From Desulfobacterales bacterium (GTDB taxonomy: Bacteria > Desulfobacterota > Desulfobacteria > Desulfobacterales > UBA5616): a DNA stretch of 64,000 nt. Below, one piece after another: positions 1-9,593 of this stretch (the first letter of the stretch is position 1; each line of letters starts with the position of its first letter). The position numbers were made by a program, and so were the translations under genes. The notes under the pieces are model-generated. The model was given only the letters and a program-made list of their open reading frames with translations. It was not told where the DNA came from and did not search any database. The stretch is from the NCBI GenBank assembly GCA_046483495.1, contig JAWODC010000090.1, forward strand, positions 32,001-96,000, read 5' to 3'.

Positions 1-585
1 AAACCCTTTCAGAAAATGGGTATGTGCTGGACGGACACCAACACGGAAATTTTTTTCGATAATGTCAGGGTTCCCAAGGAAAATCGGGTCGCCGGGCCCG
101 GGGAAGATGCAAAAATACTGCATGACATCGTCGGTGTGGGGCGGATCGGCACCTGTGGATTCGCGCTTGGCGCGGCGCAGGCCTGCATGGAAATCGTCCT
201 TGAATGGACCAAAAGCAGGGAGATCGCCGGAAGGCCCGTCCGTGCACGATCGATGCACGCCGGAATCATCGGTGAAATGGCGCTTAAAATCGAATCGGCC
301 AGGGCATACGCCATACAGGTCCAACGCATGATACGAAGCGGCCGTTACGGCACTGCGGGCGAGCCTCTGCTTCTTTCGAAATGTTCCGCCGCCAAGGCCT
401 ATACGTGCGACATTACCCTCTGGGTAGCCAATAAAGCCATGGAGTTGATGGGTTCCTACGGGTATGCCTTTGACTACAATGTCGAAAAGTACTTGCGGGA
501 CGTGAAAATACTTCAGCTGTGGCTGGGTGGTCCTCAGCGGGCCCTGCTGGACACGGCATTGGGGTACTACCGCTTCGACTGGTAA
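1..585 (+). CDS. Acyl-CoA dehydrogenase, C-terminal part (truncated by left window edge)
   Basis: Frame open from base 1 (KPFQKMGM...). ACAD motifs: EIFFDNVRVP, ELMGSYGY...VEKYLRDVKILQLWLGG. Confidence 0.9.
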   Translation, partial: KPFQKMGMCWTDTNTEIFFDNVRVPKENRVAGPGEDAKILHDIVGVGRIGTCGFALGAAQACMEIVLEWTKSREIAGRPVRARSMHAGIIGEMALKIESARAYAIQVQRMIRSGRYGTAGEPLLLSKCSAAKAYTCDITLWVANKAMELMGSYGYAFDYNVEKYLRDVKILQLWLGGPQRALLDTALGYYRFDW

Positions 586-642
586 ACTTCAGGCCGATTA
601 GGCAAGGCAACGAAAATTACCCAGCCGCAAGGGAGATGATCG

Positions 643-1920
643 ATGACATCATTTAAACGGACCCGGGAAATGGTTGAAAATCGTATCCGGCCGGGGATTG
701 AAATGCTTCAAACCATGAGTGATCATCCTGATATCCGCCTCCAGCTGCTGCGGCTTGAAGATGCGCACGGCCGGCTGGATGACCTGTTTGCCGCGGCTGA
801 AGATACGAACCGGAAAGTGGCCTTATTCGAATTCGGATTAACCCCCCAACTTTTTTATGCATTCGATTGTGCGCCCCTTTGCCTGGAAACGTTTCCCATG
901 ATGTTCACCGCCGGAAACAAGGAAGTCTTTTACGACTTTATCGAAAAGGCGGAATCCTCCGGGCTGCCGTCGGATGTCTGCTCCACCGACCGTTTCATCA
1001 TGGGTGCGGCATTGTCGGGAGAATTTCCCGAAAACGCGTGCTTCGTGACCTGTTCGGCGCCATGCGACGGCACCCGCCTCGCCTACCCTGTCATGCAGCA
1101 GGCGACAGACATTCCCACTCTGTTTCTTGAAGCGCCCTATACCTACGGAAAAGAGGCGGCCCACTGGTACGGGCAGCAAATCAAACGGGAATTGATTCCG
1201 TTTCTGGAAGAAGTCACGGGAAAAACGTTCGACCTTGAAAAATTCCGGCGCATCGTGGAAGAATCCAACAGGGCCTACGAACTTCTCGTCGATATTTCAG
1301 ATGCCTATACGATGAAACCCTCCCCGCTGCCGGCATCCCTGCGCGGATTTCCCTATATGAGTTTTATCGGTTCGGCCGGACATCCCCGCAACACGAAAAA
1401 CACCGAAACGTTTCACCGGGAAGTATACCGGCGAATCAAAGCGGGCATCACCAACCCCTTTGAAGAAAAGCACCGGGTGATGTGGGGCCATGTCCCACCC
1501 ACCTTTGACAGCGAATTTTTCACCTGGATGGAAACCGAACTCGGGGCATGCGTGATCACATCCATGCTGGCGTCCTCACCGATTCTGCGGCCCATCGATA
1601 CCACGGACCTCGATACCATGCTCGAAGGGTATGCCTGGCAGGGATTGGATTTGACCATGTCGCTCATGCGGTATGACACGCGCAAACTGATCGAATACAC
1701 GATGAATACGTTTCACCAGTACCGATGCGACTGCATGATTTTCACCCTCCACGTGGGGTGCAACAGCATCTGCGGCGCCGCAGGCATCATGCGCCGTTAT
1801 TTTCAAAAAGAGGGCATCCCCGTGCTGTTTATCGAGCTGGATTACAACGATGACCGTGTCTTATCGGCCGAACCCATGAGAGAGCAAATCGAAGATTTTT
1901 TCGCCACGATAAACGCCTAA
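643..1920 (+). CDS. 2-hydroxyacyl-CoA dehydratase family subunit (HgdA/FldB/BcrB-like)
   Basis: 425 aa; Fe-S Cys motifs SDVCS, APCDG and HVGCNS; C-terminal GIPVLFIELD; RBS GGGAGA upstream. Confidence 0.85.
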   Translation: MTSFKRTREMVENRIRPGIEMLQTMSDHPDIRLQLLRLEDAHGRLDDLFAAAEDTNRKVALFEFGLTPQLFYAFDCAPLCLETFPMMFTAGNKEVFYDFIEKAESSGLPSDVCSTDRFIMGAALSGEFPENACFVTCSAPCDGTRLAYPVMQQATDIPTLFLEAPYTYGKEAAHWYGQQIKRELIPFLEEVTGKTFDLEKFRRIVEESNRAYELLVDISDAYTMKPSPLPASLRGFPYMSFIGSAGHPRNTKNTETFHREVYRRIKAGITNPFEEKHRVMWGHVPPTFDSEFFTWMETELGACVITSMLASSPILRPIDTTDLDTMLEGYAWQGLDLTMSLMRYDTRKLIEYTMNTFHQYRCDCMIFTLHVGCNSICGAAGIMRRYFQKEGIPVLFIELDYNDDRVLSAEPMREQIEDFFATINA

Positions 1921-1924
1921 TGTT

Positions 1925-3058
1925 ATGGAAATGCATATGGAAAGCCTGGCATTTTTCAGAGAGGCAGCCGATCATCCTGCCGCCGCAGAAGCGCTCAACC
2001 GGCGCACGAACGGCGGCCGCATTCTTGGAACACAATGCTCCGGCATACCGGAAGAAGTCATTCATGCCGCGGGCATACTGCCGATCAGGGTTCGCGCACC
2101 CGGACTTGCGGACACGAAACATGCGGATGCCCACCTGCACCGAATCAACTGCTCCTACACGCGATCGGTGCTGGAATACCTCATCCTGGGCAAGCTGGAT
2201 TTTTTGGACGGCTTCGTCGCGACCAACACCTGCGATCACCATCTCCGCCTGGTCAGTGAGGTGGCGGATAAATCCGAATACGCCTTCTTCCACTATTTCC
2301 AAATGCCGCACACCACGACAGCAGGCGCCAAACAATGGTTCATCCAGGAGATGAAACGCCTGATCGAGCATTTAGAAGAACACTTTCACCGAAGCGTTTC
2401 ACACGACGATCTGAGGCATAGCATTTCGGTTTACAATCGAACACGGCAGCTCATGGCCCGGCTGAACGACATGCGAAAAGCACAGTCTCCCCCATTGACA
2501 GGTGCGGAATACATGCAGATCGCCCTCGCCGGAATGACCGTTCCCAGAGAAATGTTCAACGAGAAATTAGAAGCGCTGCTGCCGCATCTCGAAAGCCGCC
2601 GCAACTCGGAAAACCCTCTGCCCCGGCTCATGATGATCGGGGGTGCGTGTGATTCACCGGCTTTTATCGATTTTATCGAAAGCAGGGGCGCCCGGGTCGT
2701 GGCGGATGGATTCTGTTTCGGTCTTCGTCACTATATGAATATGATCGACGAGGGTTTATCGGATCCTCTCGAGGCGATCGCAGATCGATACATGTCACGA
2801 ATTCCCTGCCCGTCGGTCATTGACGGCTTCGATAGAACCTATGCAGTCATCAAAAAAATCATCGAAGATTTCGATATACAGGGCGTCATCAGCGCCCGAT
2901 TGAAATTCTGCGATCATTTCGCCGGATTGCGAAAACTGCTTGCCGACCGCCTTCGGCGGGATGGCGGCGTGCCGGTAATCGAGCTCGAGCGGGAGTATAA
3001 CACGATCAAATCGGGACAGATCAGCACGAGGGTTCAGGCGTTTCTCGAGATGCTTTGA
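1925..3058 (+). CDS. 2-hydroxyacyl-CoA dehydratase family subunit (HgdB/FldC/BcrC-like)
   Basis: Motifs PEEVIHAAG, NCSY, NTCDH, KFCD and GQISTRVQAFLEML; starts 4 nt after its partner. Confidence 0.88.
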   Translation: MEMHMESLAFFREAADHPAAAEALNRRTNGGRILGTQCSGIPEEVIHAAGILPIRVRAPGLADTKHADAHLHRINCSYTRSVLEYLILGKLDFLDGFVATNTCDHHLRLVSEVADKSEYAFFHYFQMPHTTTAGAKQWFIQEMKRLIEHLEEHFHRSVSHDDLRHSISVYNRTRQLMARLNDMRKAQSPPLTGAEYMQIALAGMTVPREMFNEKLEALLPHLESRRNSENPLPRLMMIGGACDSPAFIDFIESRGARVVADGFCFGLRHYMNMIDEGLSDPLEAIADRYMSRIPCPSVIDGFDRTYAVIKKIIEDFDIQGVISARLKFCDHFAGLRKLLADRLRRDGGVPVIELEREYNTIKSGQISTRVQAFLEML

Positions 3059-3099
3059 AAAAGCGGCGCCCCATACTTTCCGATGGTCTATGCAGCTTT

Positions 3100-3245
3100 T
3101 ACAAGCTATCTCAAAATAATCTTTTGTCCCAATATCTTCGTTTGAACCTCATGTCAAGTCATCAACATACATGAGTATGCCTGCGGCTTAACATGCGGTT
3201 TTGTCTTGATCTTGAACCAAAATATTTATTTTGGGATAGCTTGTA
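3100..3245. repeat. Palindromic ~146-bp element, terminus type C (MITE/REP-like)
   Basis: Terminal inverted repeats TACAAGCTATCTCAAAATAA ... TTATTTTGGGATAGCTTGTA. The core (TCAACATAC-atga-GTATGCCTGCGG, GTCTTGATCTTGAAC) aligns with four other copies in the window. Confidence 0.8.
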
Positions 3246-4965
3246 GTATGCGTTGCCGCAGCAAATGTTCGAGCCCATCGGAAAGGTGATGAATGCTTTT
3301 TAAAAAATAGAGGTGTCCGGGAGGAAAAAATTCCCTCAAAAAGTCCCGTGTCTGGCGGTTGCATCCACATCCGAGTGTCACCACGTCGATGGCGTGGCTT
3401 CGACAGTACCCAAGGGCTTCCCCAAGGCTCAAACCGCAATTGGCCGCACCATCCGTAATATGAATGATCAACCGGTTTTTTCCGCTCTTCTTCCGCAGCA
3501 TCGCTGCAGCCATTATGGCCTGTCCCGAGGGTGTCCGTCCCGAAGGCGTGACGGAATAAACGGTTTTGCCGTGATACAGCCGCGTCAACAGGCAGACATG
3601 CCGTTCCGCGTGATAGGCGTATATATCAAAAACATTCCCGTATCCCCGTGCGGCGGCTGCGAGGGATACAAAACTCTTTTCAGCGATTTCCCACGGCCTT
3701 CGCGACCGGCTGCCGGTGCGGCCCGGTTCCTCTTTGCCGCTCATGGATGCCGATGCATCCGCAACGATGCATATGTGCCGGTACTTGTCTTCTCCCGGTC
3801 CCTGCCTCTTTTTGAACACCTTGCCGTCAAGGGGCACCCGGTAAAGCCGCGCCGGGTCCAGTTTGCCCTCTTTCAGGCCTCGCCTGACGTGCCGAATGCG
3901 CGCCCGGCGGATCATCGAATCCTGCTTTTTAAAGATTTTTCTCAATCGTCGGACCTGAACGGCGTCAGGTGAAATGCTTGAAACCACTTCGCCTTTTACG
4001 AGCCGGGTTTCCATGGGGCGGGCTCCGGGTTCATCCACAGCAACGGCCGTGCTGTGCAATTTCAGCGGCTCTTCCTGAAGGTATGCATTCACCTCCTCGG
4101 CCAGTCCCTGACGAAGCCCCTGTGCAAATTCCGTCTCCTCACGGCCGTTCGAATCCTCATTTTCAGCGTCATCTTCCCCGATATCCACATTTTTTTCAGG
4201 ACCCGCTTCATCATACATATTCACCGCATCCGGGTTCAATGCAAACCGGCGCCATTGGGATACAACCGGTTCAACCTCATGCCACATCATTCGGTAAATG
4301 CCTGTTCTTTCTTTTCTTCTGGCGCTCATGGCATCGTGTGCCGCCACTGCCCGAATGCGTGCCCTATACGGCGCTAAAACGGCAAAAAGCTCCGTGTAAT
4401 AAAAATGAAGATGGTCCGGAATACGGCCGGTGAACCCGTAACCCTGCCAGACGGCGAACGCGCTTTCCGCAGTCGGGGGCAGGGCCGGATCTCTTGTGTT
4501 TTCCGAAAAGGCGCGGCGAAAAAACCGCGATAAATACAAGTGCCAAATGCTGTCTTTTACCAACTCATAAATGTAAATATTTTCCGAAGCGGTAACCAGG
4601 TTGTCGAGGTAAGGCATGGTATGCTCATCGAGGTTTTTAAACGGTGCCGCGGTATGTTTCCTCACCCATTCATGAAATTCCATGGCCAGAAACCCCTCAC
4701 GCACGACCTGGCCGACAAGCTGGTCGTACGTGTCGTGTGGGATCGGGTATTCCCCTTCTGTTTTTTCCGGATCCAGCAAAATAAAACGGCCGTCATCTGC
4801 AGTCATTCCTTTCCAGTATACGGGTTTGACGGCTTTTCCGATATGACCGGCCACCTTTCGCACGGCCCTTAAGGCAAGGGCCAATTCAGCGGTTTCATTG
4901 GAAGAGCGGTTGATGCGCCAATACTTGGAATAGCTCGTGGGCGTGATCGCCGGCGGTAAATTCAT
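3226..4965 (-). CDS. VWA-domain protein, BssF/AssF-like partner of the MoxR-type AAA+ ATPase
   Basis: MIDAS motif DASAS...TPSG...ITDG, preceded by GKLDPARLYR. The N-terminus YSKYWRINRS...LRAVRKVAGHIG resembles BssF-type proteins (from recall). ATGA overlap with the upstream AAA gene. Confidence 0.8.
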   Translation of the reverse strand: MNLPPAITPTSYSKYWRINRSSNETAELALALRAVRKVAGHIGKAVKPVYWKGMTADDGRFILLDPEKTEGEYPIPHDTYDQLVGQVVREGFLAMEFHEWVRKHTAAPFKNLDEHTMPYLDNLVTASENIYIYELVKDSIWHLYLSRFFRRAFSENTRDPALPPTAESAFAVWQGYGFTGRIPDHLHFYYTELFAVLAPYRARIRAVAAHDAMSARRKERTGIYRMMWHEVEPVVSQWRRFALNPDAVNMYDEAGPEKNVDIGEDDAENEDSNGREETEFAQGLRQGLAEEVNAYLQEEPLKLHSTAVAVDEPGARPMETRLVKGEVVSSISPDAVQVRRLRKIFKKQDSMIRRARIRHVRRGLKEGKLDPARLYRVPLDGKVFKKRQGPGEDKYRHICIVADASASMSGKEEPGRTGSRSRRPWEIAEKSFVSLAAAARGYGNVFDIYAYHAERHVCLLTRLYHGKTVYSVTPSGRTPSGQAIMAAAMLRKKSGKNRLIIHITDGAANCGLSLGEALGYCRSHAIDVVTLGCGCNRQTRDFLREFFPPGHLYFLKSIHHLSDGLEHLLRQRILQAIPK

Positions 4966-5822
4966 GATGCCGTGTCCGGCAGGTACAGGCAGTAGGATGC
5001 CTCTTCTGCTTGTGTTTCACCGGTTTCCACCTGAATGGAGAGCAAAAGCGATTCCAGTGTGTCAACGGAAATTTGCAGGCTGTAAATCAGGGCTTCACGA
5101 AGCGATGCGCCCATGGCGACCAACTCGGCCATCATAAGGCTATGCCGGATGGAGACCCGCATTTCGATCTGGTCGTTGTTGCGAATACGGTTGACTATTT
5201 TCAAAATCCGATCCGCCGCGGCCGCATCGATTCGGGTTTTTCGGATGAGCACTTCCTTTTCTATGGGTTGGGGCAAATATTCGAGGTGAACCCTGTAAAA
5301 CCGGTCCTTCAAGGCCTCATCCAAATCGTCCGTGCCGCTGAATGTCTCCCCTTCATTCATGGTTGCAAAAAACATCACCCCCGGTGCGACCTTGATCAAG
5401 CCCAGTTCGTCGATCCATATACTTCGGTCCTCGGATAATACGCTGAACAGTTCGTTCAGCGCATGCGGGCTTTCGGTCCGATTGATCTCCTCCAGATGAA
5501 TGACGCAACCCGGCGTCTGAATGGCCTTTGGAAAAAGAAATTCCTGAAAGTACGTTTCTCCGGATCTGAGCCGCTGCTGCCCGAAAAGCTGCCCCGCCTC
5601 GAGAAGCAGTCCAATCTGAAAGGTCGCCATGGGCCTGGTGCAGATATGGGCGAATTGCCTGACCAGAGAAGATTTTCCGCAGCCCTGGTTTCCCGTTATC
5701 AGAATATTCACCGGATGCGTTTCAGACATCCGGTGAAATCGTGCGAGATTCTCTTTGTCCGCTTTCAGAATAAAAAAGTGGGGATCGGGATCGGGTACTT
5801 TCAACTGACCGGATAAATCCAT
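4962..5822 (-). CDS. MoxR-family AAA+ ATPase, BssE/TutH/AssE-like
   Basis: Walker A GNQGCGKS; Walker B VIHLEEINR. The strings HPVNILI..QGCGKSSLVRQ, ATFQIG, FLFPKAIQTPGCVIHLEEINR and WIDELGL..VAPGV.FFAT match my recollection of TutH/BssE. Start placed at ATG 5822 after AAGGA. Confidence 0.85.
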   Translation of the reverse strand: MDLSGQLKVPDPDPHFFILKADKENLARFHRMSETHPVNILITGNQGCGKSSLVRQFAHICTRPMATFQIGLLLEAGQLFGQQRLRSGETYFQEFLFPKAIQTPGCVIHLEEINRTESPHALNELFSVLSEDRSIWIDELGLIKVAPGVMFFATMNEGETFSGTDDLDEALKDRFYRVHLEYLPQPIEKEVLIRKTRIDAAAADRILKIVNRIRNNDQIEMRVSIRHSLMMAELVAMGASLREALIYSLQISVDTLESLLLSIQVETGETQAEEASYCLYLPDTAS

Positions 5823-5861
5823 TATCGGGTATCCTTTCTGAAATGGATCATATCGGTGAAA

Positions 5862-5890
5862 AGTATACTGCAAGAGGTGAAAAAAGGCAA
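5862..5890 (-). promoter_or_regulatory. Putative sigma70 promoter of the BssE/BssF-like operon
   Basis: TTGCCT-17 nt-TATACT on the minus strand, about 40 nt upstream of the ATG. Confidence 0.6.
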
Positions 5891-5936
5891 ATAACATTTA
5901 AAAATGGTGGATACGGCCGGCATTCAGCCGAAGCAT

Positions 5937-6683
5937 CTATCTCAACCCCCTGCTTTTCTTGATATCCTCATATGCGGCTTGTATCTCTTGAAATTTCTCG
6001 TTGGCAAACCGAATGAAGTCCTCCGGCAGCCCTTTCGATGCGATCTTGTCCGGATGAAAATCGCTGACCCGTTTGCGGTATCGATGTTTGATCATATCAT
6101 CCGAATCGTCGATAGTGCAGCCTAAAACCGCATAGGATGAGCCGGCGGCGCCTTTTGCATATTTTTGAAGAACGGATCGATAATACCGGCGGCTGAGATG
6201 AAATATGTCGACACCGGCCAGAACGAGTTTTTCTTTGTCATGCGTTATCCTTCCATCAGCCGAAGCAATACGAACGAGAATGTCGATCATCAATTCCAAA
6301 TACTGCGGCCGGTTTGCAAATTCGGCGTAAAATTGGAAGGCAAAGTCTTCAAAACGCCGGTCGGTATCCATGGCGGAATGAAAAATGTGCATGGCCGTGT
6401 TCCGGCCGAGCGCATCCAGGTTCAAATCGTCGACCATCAGACGTGTAACGGCATCCATCTCCTTCTGTTTCACCGGTCCATCCACACGGACCAGTTTGGC
6501 CAGCATGGAAAACGCCGCCACATAAAATATCGACTGCGGGGATTTTCGGCATGAAAGGCGCGGCTCGTCCATTTCCCCGGAAGCATCGAGTACATGTCCG
6601 AAGGCCGCTCCCGCTAAAGCCCCCAGGGGGCCTGCTACGGCAAACCCGATCGTACCGCCGACGATTTTCCCCACGACACCCAT
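5937..6683 (-). CDS. djlA: DjlA-like co-chaperone (N-terminal membrane anchor, TerB-like domain, C-terminal J domain)
   Basis: N-terminus GKIVGGTIGFAVAGPLGA..G..FGH; J-domain FHPDK...KFQEIQAAYE. Confidence 0.88.
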   Translation of the reverse strand: MGVVGKIVGGTIGFAVAGPLGALAGAAFGHVLDASGEMDEPRLSCRKSPQSIFYVAAFSMLAKLVRVDGPVKQKEMDAVTRLMVDDLNLDALGRNTAMHIFHSAMDTDRRFEDFAFQFYAEFANRPQYLELMIDILVRIASADGRITHDKEKLVLAGVDIFHLSRRYYRSVLQKYAKGAAGSSYAVLGCTIDDSDDMIKHRYRKRVSDFHPDKIASKGLPEDFIRFANEKFQEIQAAYEDIKKSRGLR

Positions 6684-6813
6684 GTTCGAGACCCTTTAAA
6701 ACAACTGAAATAGAAGTTTTCCACCTATAAAAAACAGCTTCTGCTGTCAAGGGATAATCCGCCGTGTACGCTAGTGCAATCGGAGATCAGAAGGAAGAGC
6801 GGGATGGGACGAT

Positions 6814-7824
6814 TCAGATCGAATCCATAAAGAAGCGGTTGATCCGCTCCGTCTGCTCCCGGCCGATGACGGTATTGAAGCCCTCGAACCACCTCTCCGG
6901 CCGGGTTTCAACACCCGCCATCACGGAATCCCCTCTTCCGACGATATTGAAGTAGCGCTGCTGGGCCATGCGGCCGGCAAGGAGCGTACCGATAGGGTAA
7001 AGCGCCATGCCGTATCCCATCTCGTAGAGTTCACGCGGGCTCTTATAGGGGGTTTTCGGACTGCCTTCGATCATATTGGCGACAAGAACGACCCCGGAGC
7101 CCTTGAATGCATCGGCCGCCTGCAGCAGTTGGGATTCGCCTTCCAGAGCTTCTAGAAAAATGAGTTCGGCTCCTGCCTCCCCATACCGCAGGCCGCGACG
7201 GATTCCCTCGTTGAATCCGAGGGGTGATATGGCATCCGTCCGGGCCATTACAAGAAAATCGCTCTGACTGCCGGCATAGCTGACCGCCGGTTTCAGTCGA
7301 TACTCGATCATTTCTTCGGCGGATATGACCTGTTTTCCCGTTCCCCGGGCACCTTCCATGTGACCGCACGATTTATTGATCGCGTATTGATCTTCAAGTT
7401 GCACATACTGCGCGCCCTGTTTGTGCATTTGACGACAGGTGAGAACGACCGATGCCGCCTCATTGCCGTACCCGGTATCGATATCCACTCCAATGGGAAA
7501 GGCCGGTTTTCCCGTATCCAATGCGGCAAACCAGGTGGCCTGCTCGATAATGTTCGTTTGCTGAGCGACTTCCGCCCTGAGAATGTATCCCATGTCCGGC
7601 AGCCCGTACCCGGCGGCGCACAGATATCCGGAAACGAACGTAATGAAACCGCCGACAAATTCCGGCACGGCCGCCTGAGCCTCGAGCTCATAAATCGTAT
7701 GGTGGAGCTGCCGCGCCTCGTAGCCGTTTGCTACGCCGATGCCGATCAAAATCCGATCACCTTTTTTCTCGATCATCTCGCGCAGGTTCAACCGCTTCGC
7801 TTTCCATGAAATCTCAGCCTTCAT
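6814..7824 (-). CDS. Isocitrate lyase/PEP mutase family C-C lyase (divergent)
   Basis: Motifs GLPDMG, VDIDTGYG, QLEDQ...KSCGH, MARTDA and AGAELIFLEA. Start placed at ATG 7824 (TAATG overlap with the ACT gene). Confidence 0.85.
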   Translation of the reverse strand: MKAEISWKAKRLNLREMIEKKGDRILIGIGVANGYEARQLHHTIYELEAQAAVPEFVGGFITFVSGYLCAAGYGLPDMGYILRAEVAQQTNIIEQATWFAALDTGKPAFPIGVDIDTGYGNEAASVVLTCRQMHKQGAQYVQLEDQYAINKSCGHMEGARGTGKQVISAEEMIEYRLKPAVSYAGSQSDFLVMARTDAISPLGFNEGIRRGLRYGEAGAELIFLEALEGESQLLQAADAFKGSGVVLVANMIEGSPKTPYKSPRELYEMGYGMALYPIGTLLAGRMAQQRYFNIVGRGDSVMAGVETRPERWFEGFNTVIGREQTERINRFFMDSI

Positions 7825-8228
7825 TATGGATTCCCTTTCAGGATGCGTTTTGTTTCTTCTATCTGCTGCACTTTCACCACCAGGTATGTTCGATCGTTGC
7901 TTCCATGAACGGATGCATAAATGTAATCGATATTGATGCCGTTCTCGGCGAGAATGGCCGCTATATGGCCGGTTGCGCCGGGGGTATTTGGAATCGTAAC
8001 CAGGAATACATCCGCCTCGATAACCCGGAAACCGGCGGCTTTCAGGGCCCGGCGGGTCTCGTCGCCTTTTTCCGGGACAATCCGCAGGACGGCTTCTTCG
8101 ACCGTGTCGATCGCACAGACGGCATACAGATTGATCGACTGATCCGAAATCAATCGGCACAACTCCGCCAGTGCTCCGACACGATTTTCTAAAAACACGG
8201 AATACTGTTTGGCAAGTTGAAATTCCAT
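7824..8228 (-). CDS. Tandem ACT-domain protein
   Basis: KQYSVFLENRVGALA...INLYA, then NTPGATGHIAAILAENGINIDYIYAS: two ACT repeats. Confidence 0.88.
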   Translation of the reverse strand: MEFQLAKQYSVFLENRVGALAELCRLISDQSINLYAVCAIDTVEEAVLRIVPEKGDETRRALKAAGFRVIEADVFLVTIPNTPGATGHIAAILAENGINIDYIYASVHGSNDRTYLVVKVQQIEETKRILKGNP

Positions 8229-8232
8229 CAGT

Positions 8233-9546
8233 TTATTCTCCCCTGTCGGATTCGAGGAGGTGAAGGATTCCTTCCGCATGCCTTCGTGCCGCCCCTTGAT
8301 GGTCCAGCACCGCCTTTTTTGCTTTCCGCCCCAAATCACGTCTTTTCGTTTCATTCATCAGGTAAAACACGATTTTTTCAGCCAATTCTTCACCGCTCCT
8401 CACCAAAAAAGCATCCCCCACAGCGGCTTCGACGAGGTCTTTCGCCTCCTGGAAATCCTCCATGTAGGGTCCATAAAACACGGGTTTGCCCCAGACGGCC
8501 GCCTCCAGCAGGTTTTGTCCGCCAAGCGGCACCAGGCTGCCGCCGCAGAAAGCGACACTCGATACGCCGTATACGGCGGCGAGCTCACCGATGGTGTCCA
8601 TAATCGTGATGTTTGCGGTGCGCCGGGCGTGATGTCCATTGAATCCGGAGCGCAGTTGTGGATCGAATCCCCTTTCCACGGCGAGATCATAAATGGAGGA
8701 AGCCCGGTCGATGTGCCGGGGAGCGATAAAAAGAAGGGCTTCGGGAATTTTTCGACGGATCTTTTCATAAGCATCGAAAACGACGGACTCCTCGTTTTTC
8801 CTCGTGCTGCCGGCAACAATCACCGTTTCGTCACCCGTCAGGGAATAGATCCTGCGAATCCCATCAAGGTTTACGCGCAAATGATTTCGAATGAGCCCGT
8901 CGTACTTTGCATTGCCGTTTACGAACACCCTGTCGCGGGGAGCCCCTATTCTGCAAATTCTTTCGGCGTCTTCTTCATGAATCATGCTGAAGAAATCCAT
9001 GTGCTTCAGAATTTCCCGAAAAAACGGCAGAATCTTTTCATACCGCCTGCAGGATCGAACCGAAATCCGGCCGTTGGCCATAACCGTCTTAATGCCCGTC
9101 CGATGGGCTTCAACGATCAAGTTGGGCCAGATTTCCGTCTCGATGCACACCAGCATTTCCGGCTTTATGCAAGAAAGGGCTTTTTTAACGGCAAATGTCG
9201 CATCTACGGGTGCATACACCAAAGGAACGGCCGGCACTCTTTCCCTGGCAATCCCGTACCCGGTTTCCGTTGTCGTCGACAAGAACACCGAGGATTCCGG
9301 AGACAGGCGCTGAAGTTCTTCGGCAATCACCGCAGCGACGTTTACTTCTCCGACCGAAGCCGCATGCAGCCATATTCTGCGGCCGTCGGGCCTTAATTTC
9401 ACAATTTCCGGCGAATAAAATCCAAGCCGCTGATCCAGGCTTTGAGTATACCGTCCGCTCACATTCGAGTACACTTTCAATACCGGAAATCCCAGCAGGA
9501 AAACAAGATTCGTGAACTGCCGATAGATCGAATACAAGGGATTCAT
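8233..9546 (-). CDS. waaA: 3-deoxy-D-manno-octulosonic acid (KDO) transferase
   Basis: Motifs IWLHAASVGE, ETEIWPN, NGRIS, APRHIDR and GGSLVPLGGQNLLE. Confidence 0.95.
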   Translation of the reverse strand: MNPLYSIYRQFTNLVFLLGFPVLKVYSNVSGRYTQSLDQRLGFYSPEIVKLRPDGRRIWLHAASVGEVNVAAVIAEELQRLSPESSVFLSTTTETGYGIARERVPAVPLVYAPVDATFAVKKALSCIKPEMLVCIETEIWPNLIVEAHRTGIKTVMANGRISVRSCRRYEKILPFFREILKHMDFFSMIHEEDAERICRIGAPRDRVFVNGNAKYDGLIRNHLRVNLDGIRRIYSLTGDETVIVAGSTRKNEESVVFDAYEKIRRKIPEALLFIAPRHIDRASSIYDLAVERGFDPQLRSGFNGHHARRTANITIMDTIGELAAVYGVSSVAFCGGSLVPLGGQNLLEAAVWGKPVFYGPYMEDFQEAKDLVEAAVGDAFLVRSGEELAEKIVFYLMNETKRRDLGRKAKKAVLDHQGAARRHAEGILHLLESDRGE

Positions 9547-9593
9547 TTTTCCCGGTCAACCTGTTGAATGCGTGTGGTTGGAAGAAGTCGGCA

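Noticed and set aside
6814..8160. 448-aa ORF as the full lyase gene
   Set aside because: The first ~112 codons overlap the ACT gene in another frame. Family similarity and a TAATG coupling point to a start at 7824.
8260..9396. Long antisense ORFs (this one, 14006-14989, 21984-22862, 48148-49086 and others)
   Set aside because: Shadows of well-supported genes on the opposite strand, with no motifs.
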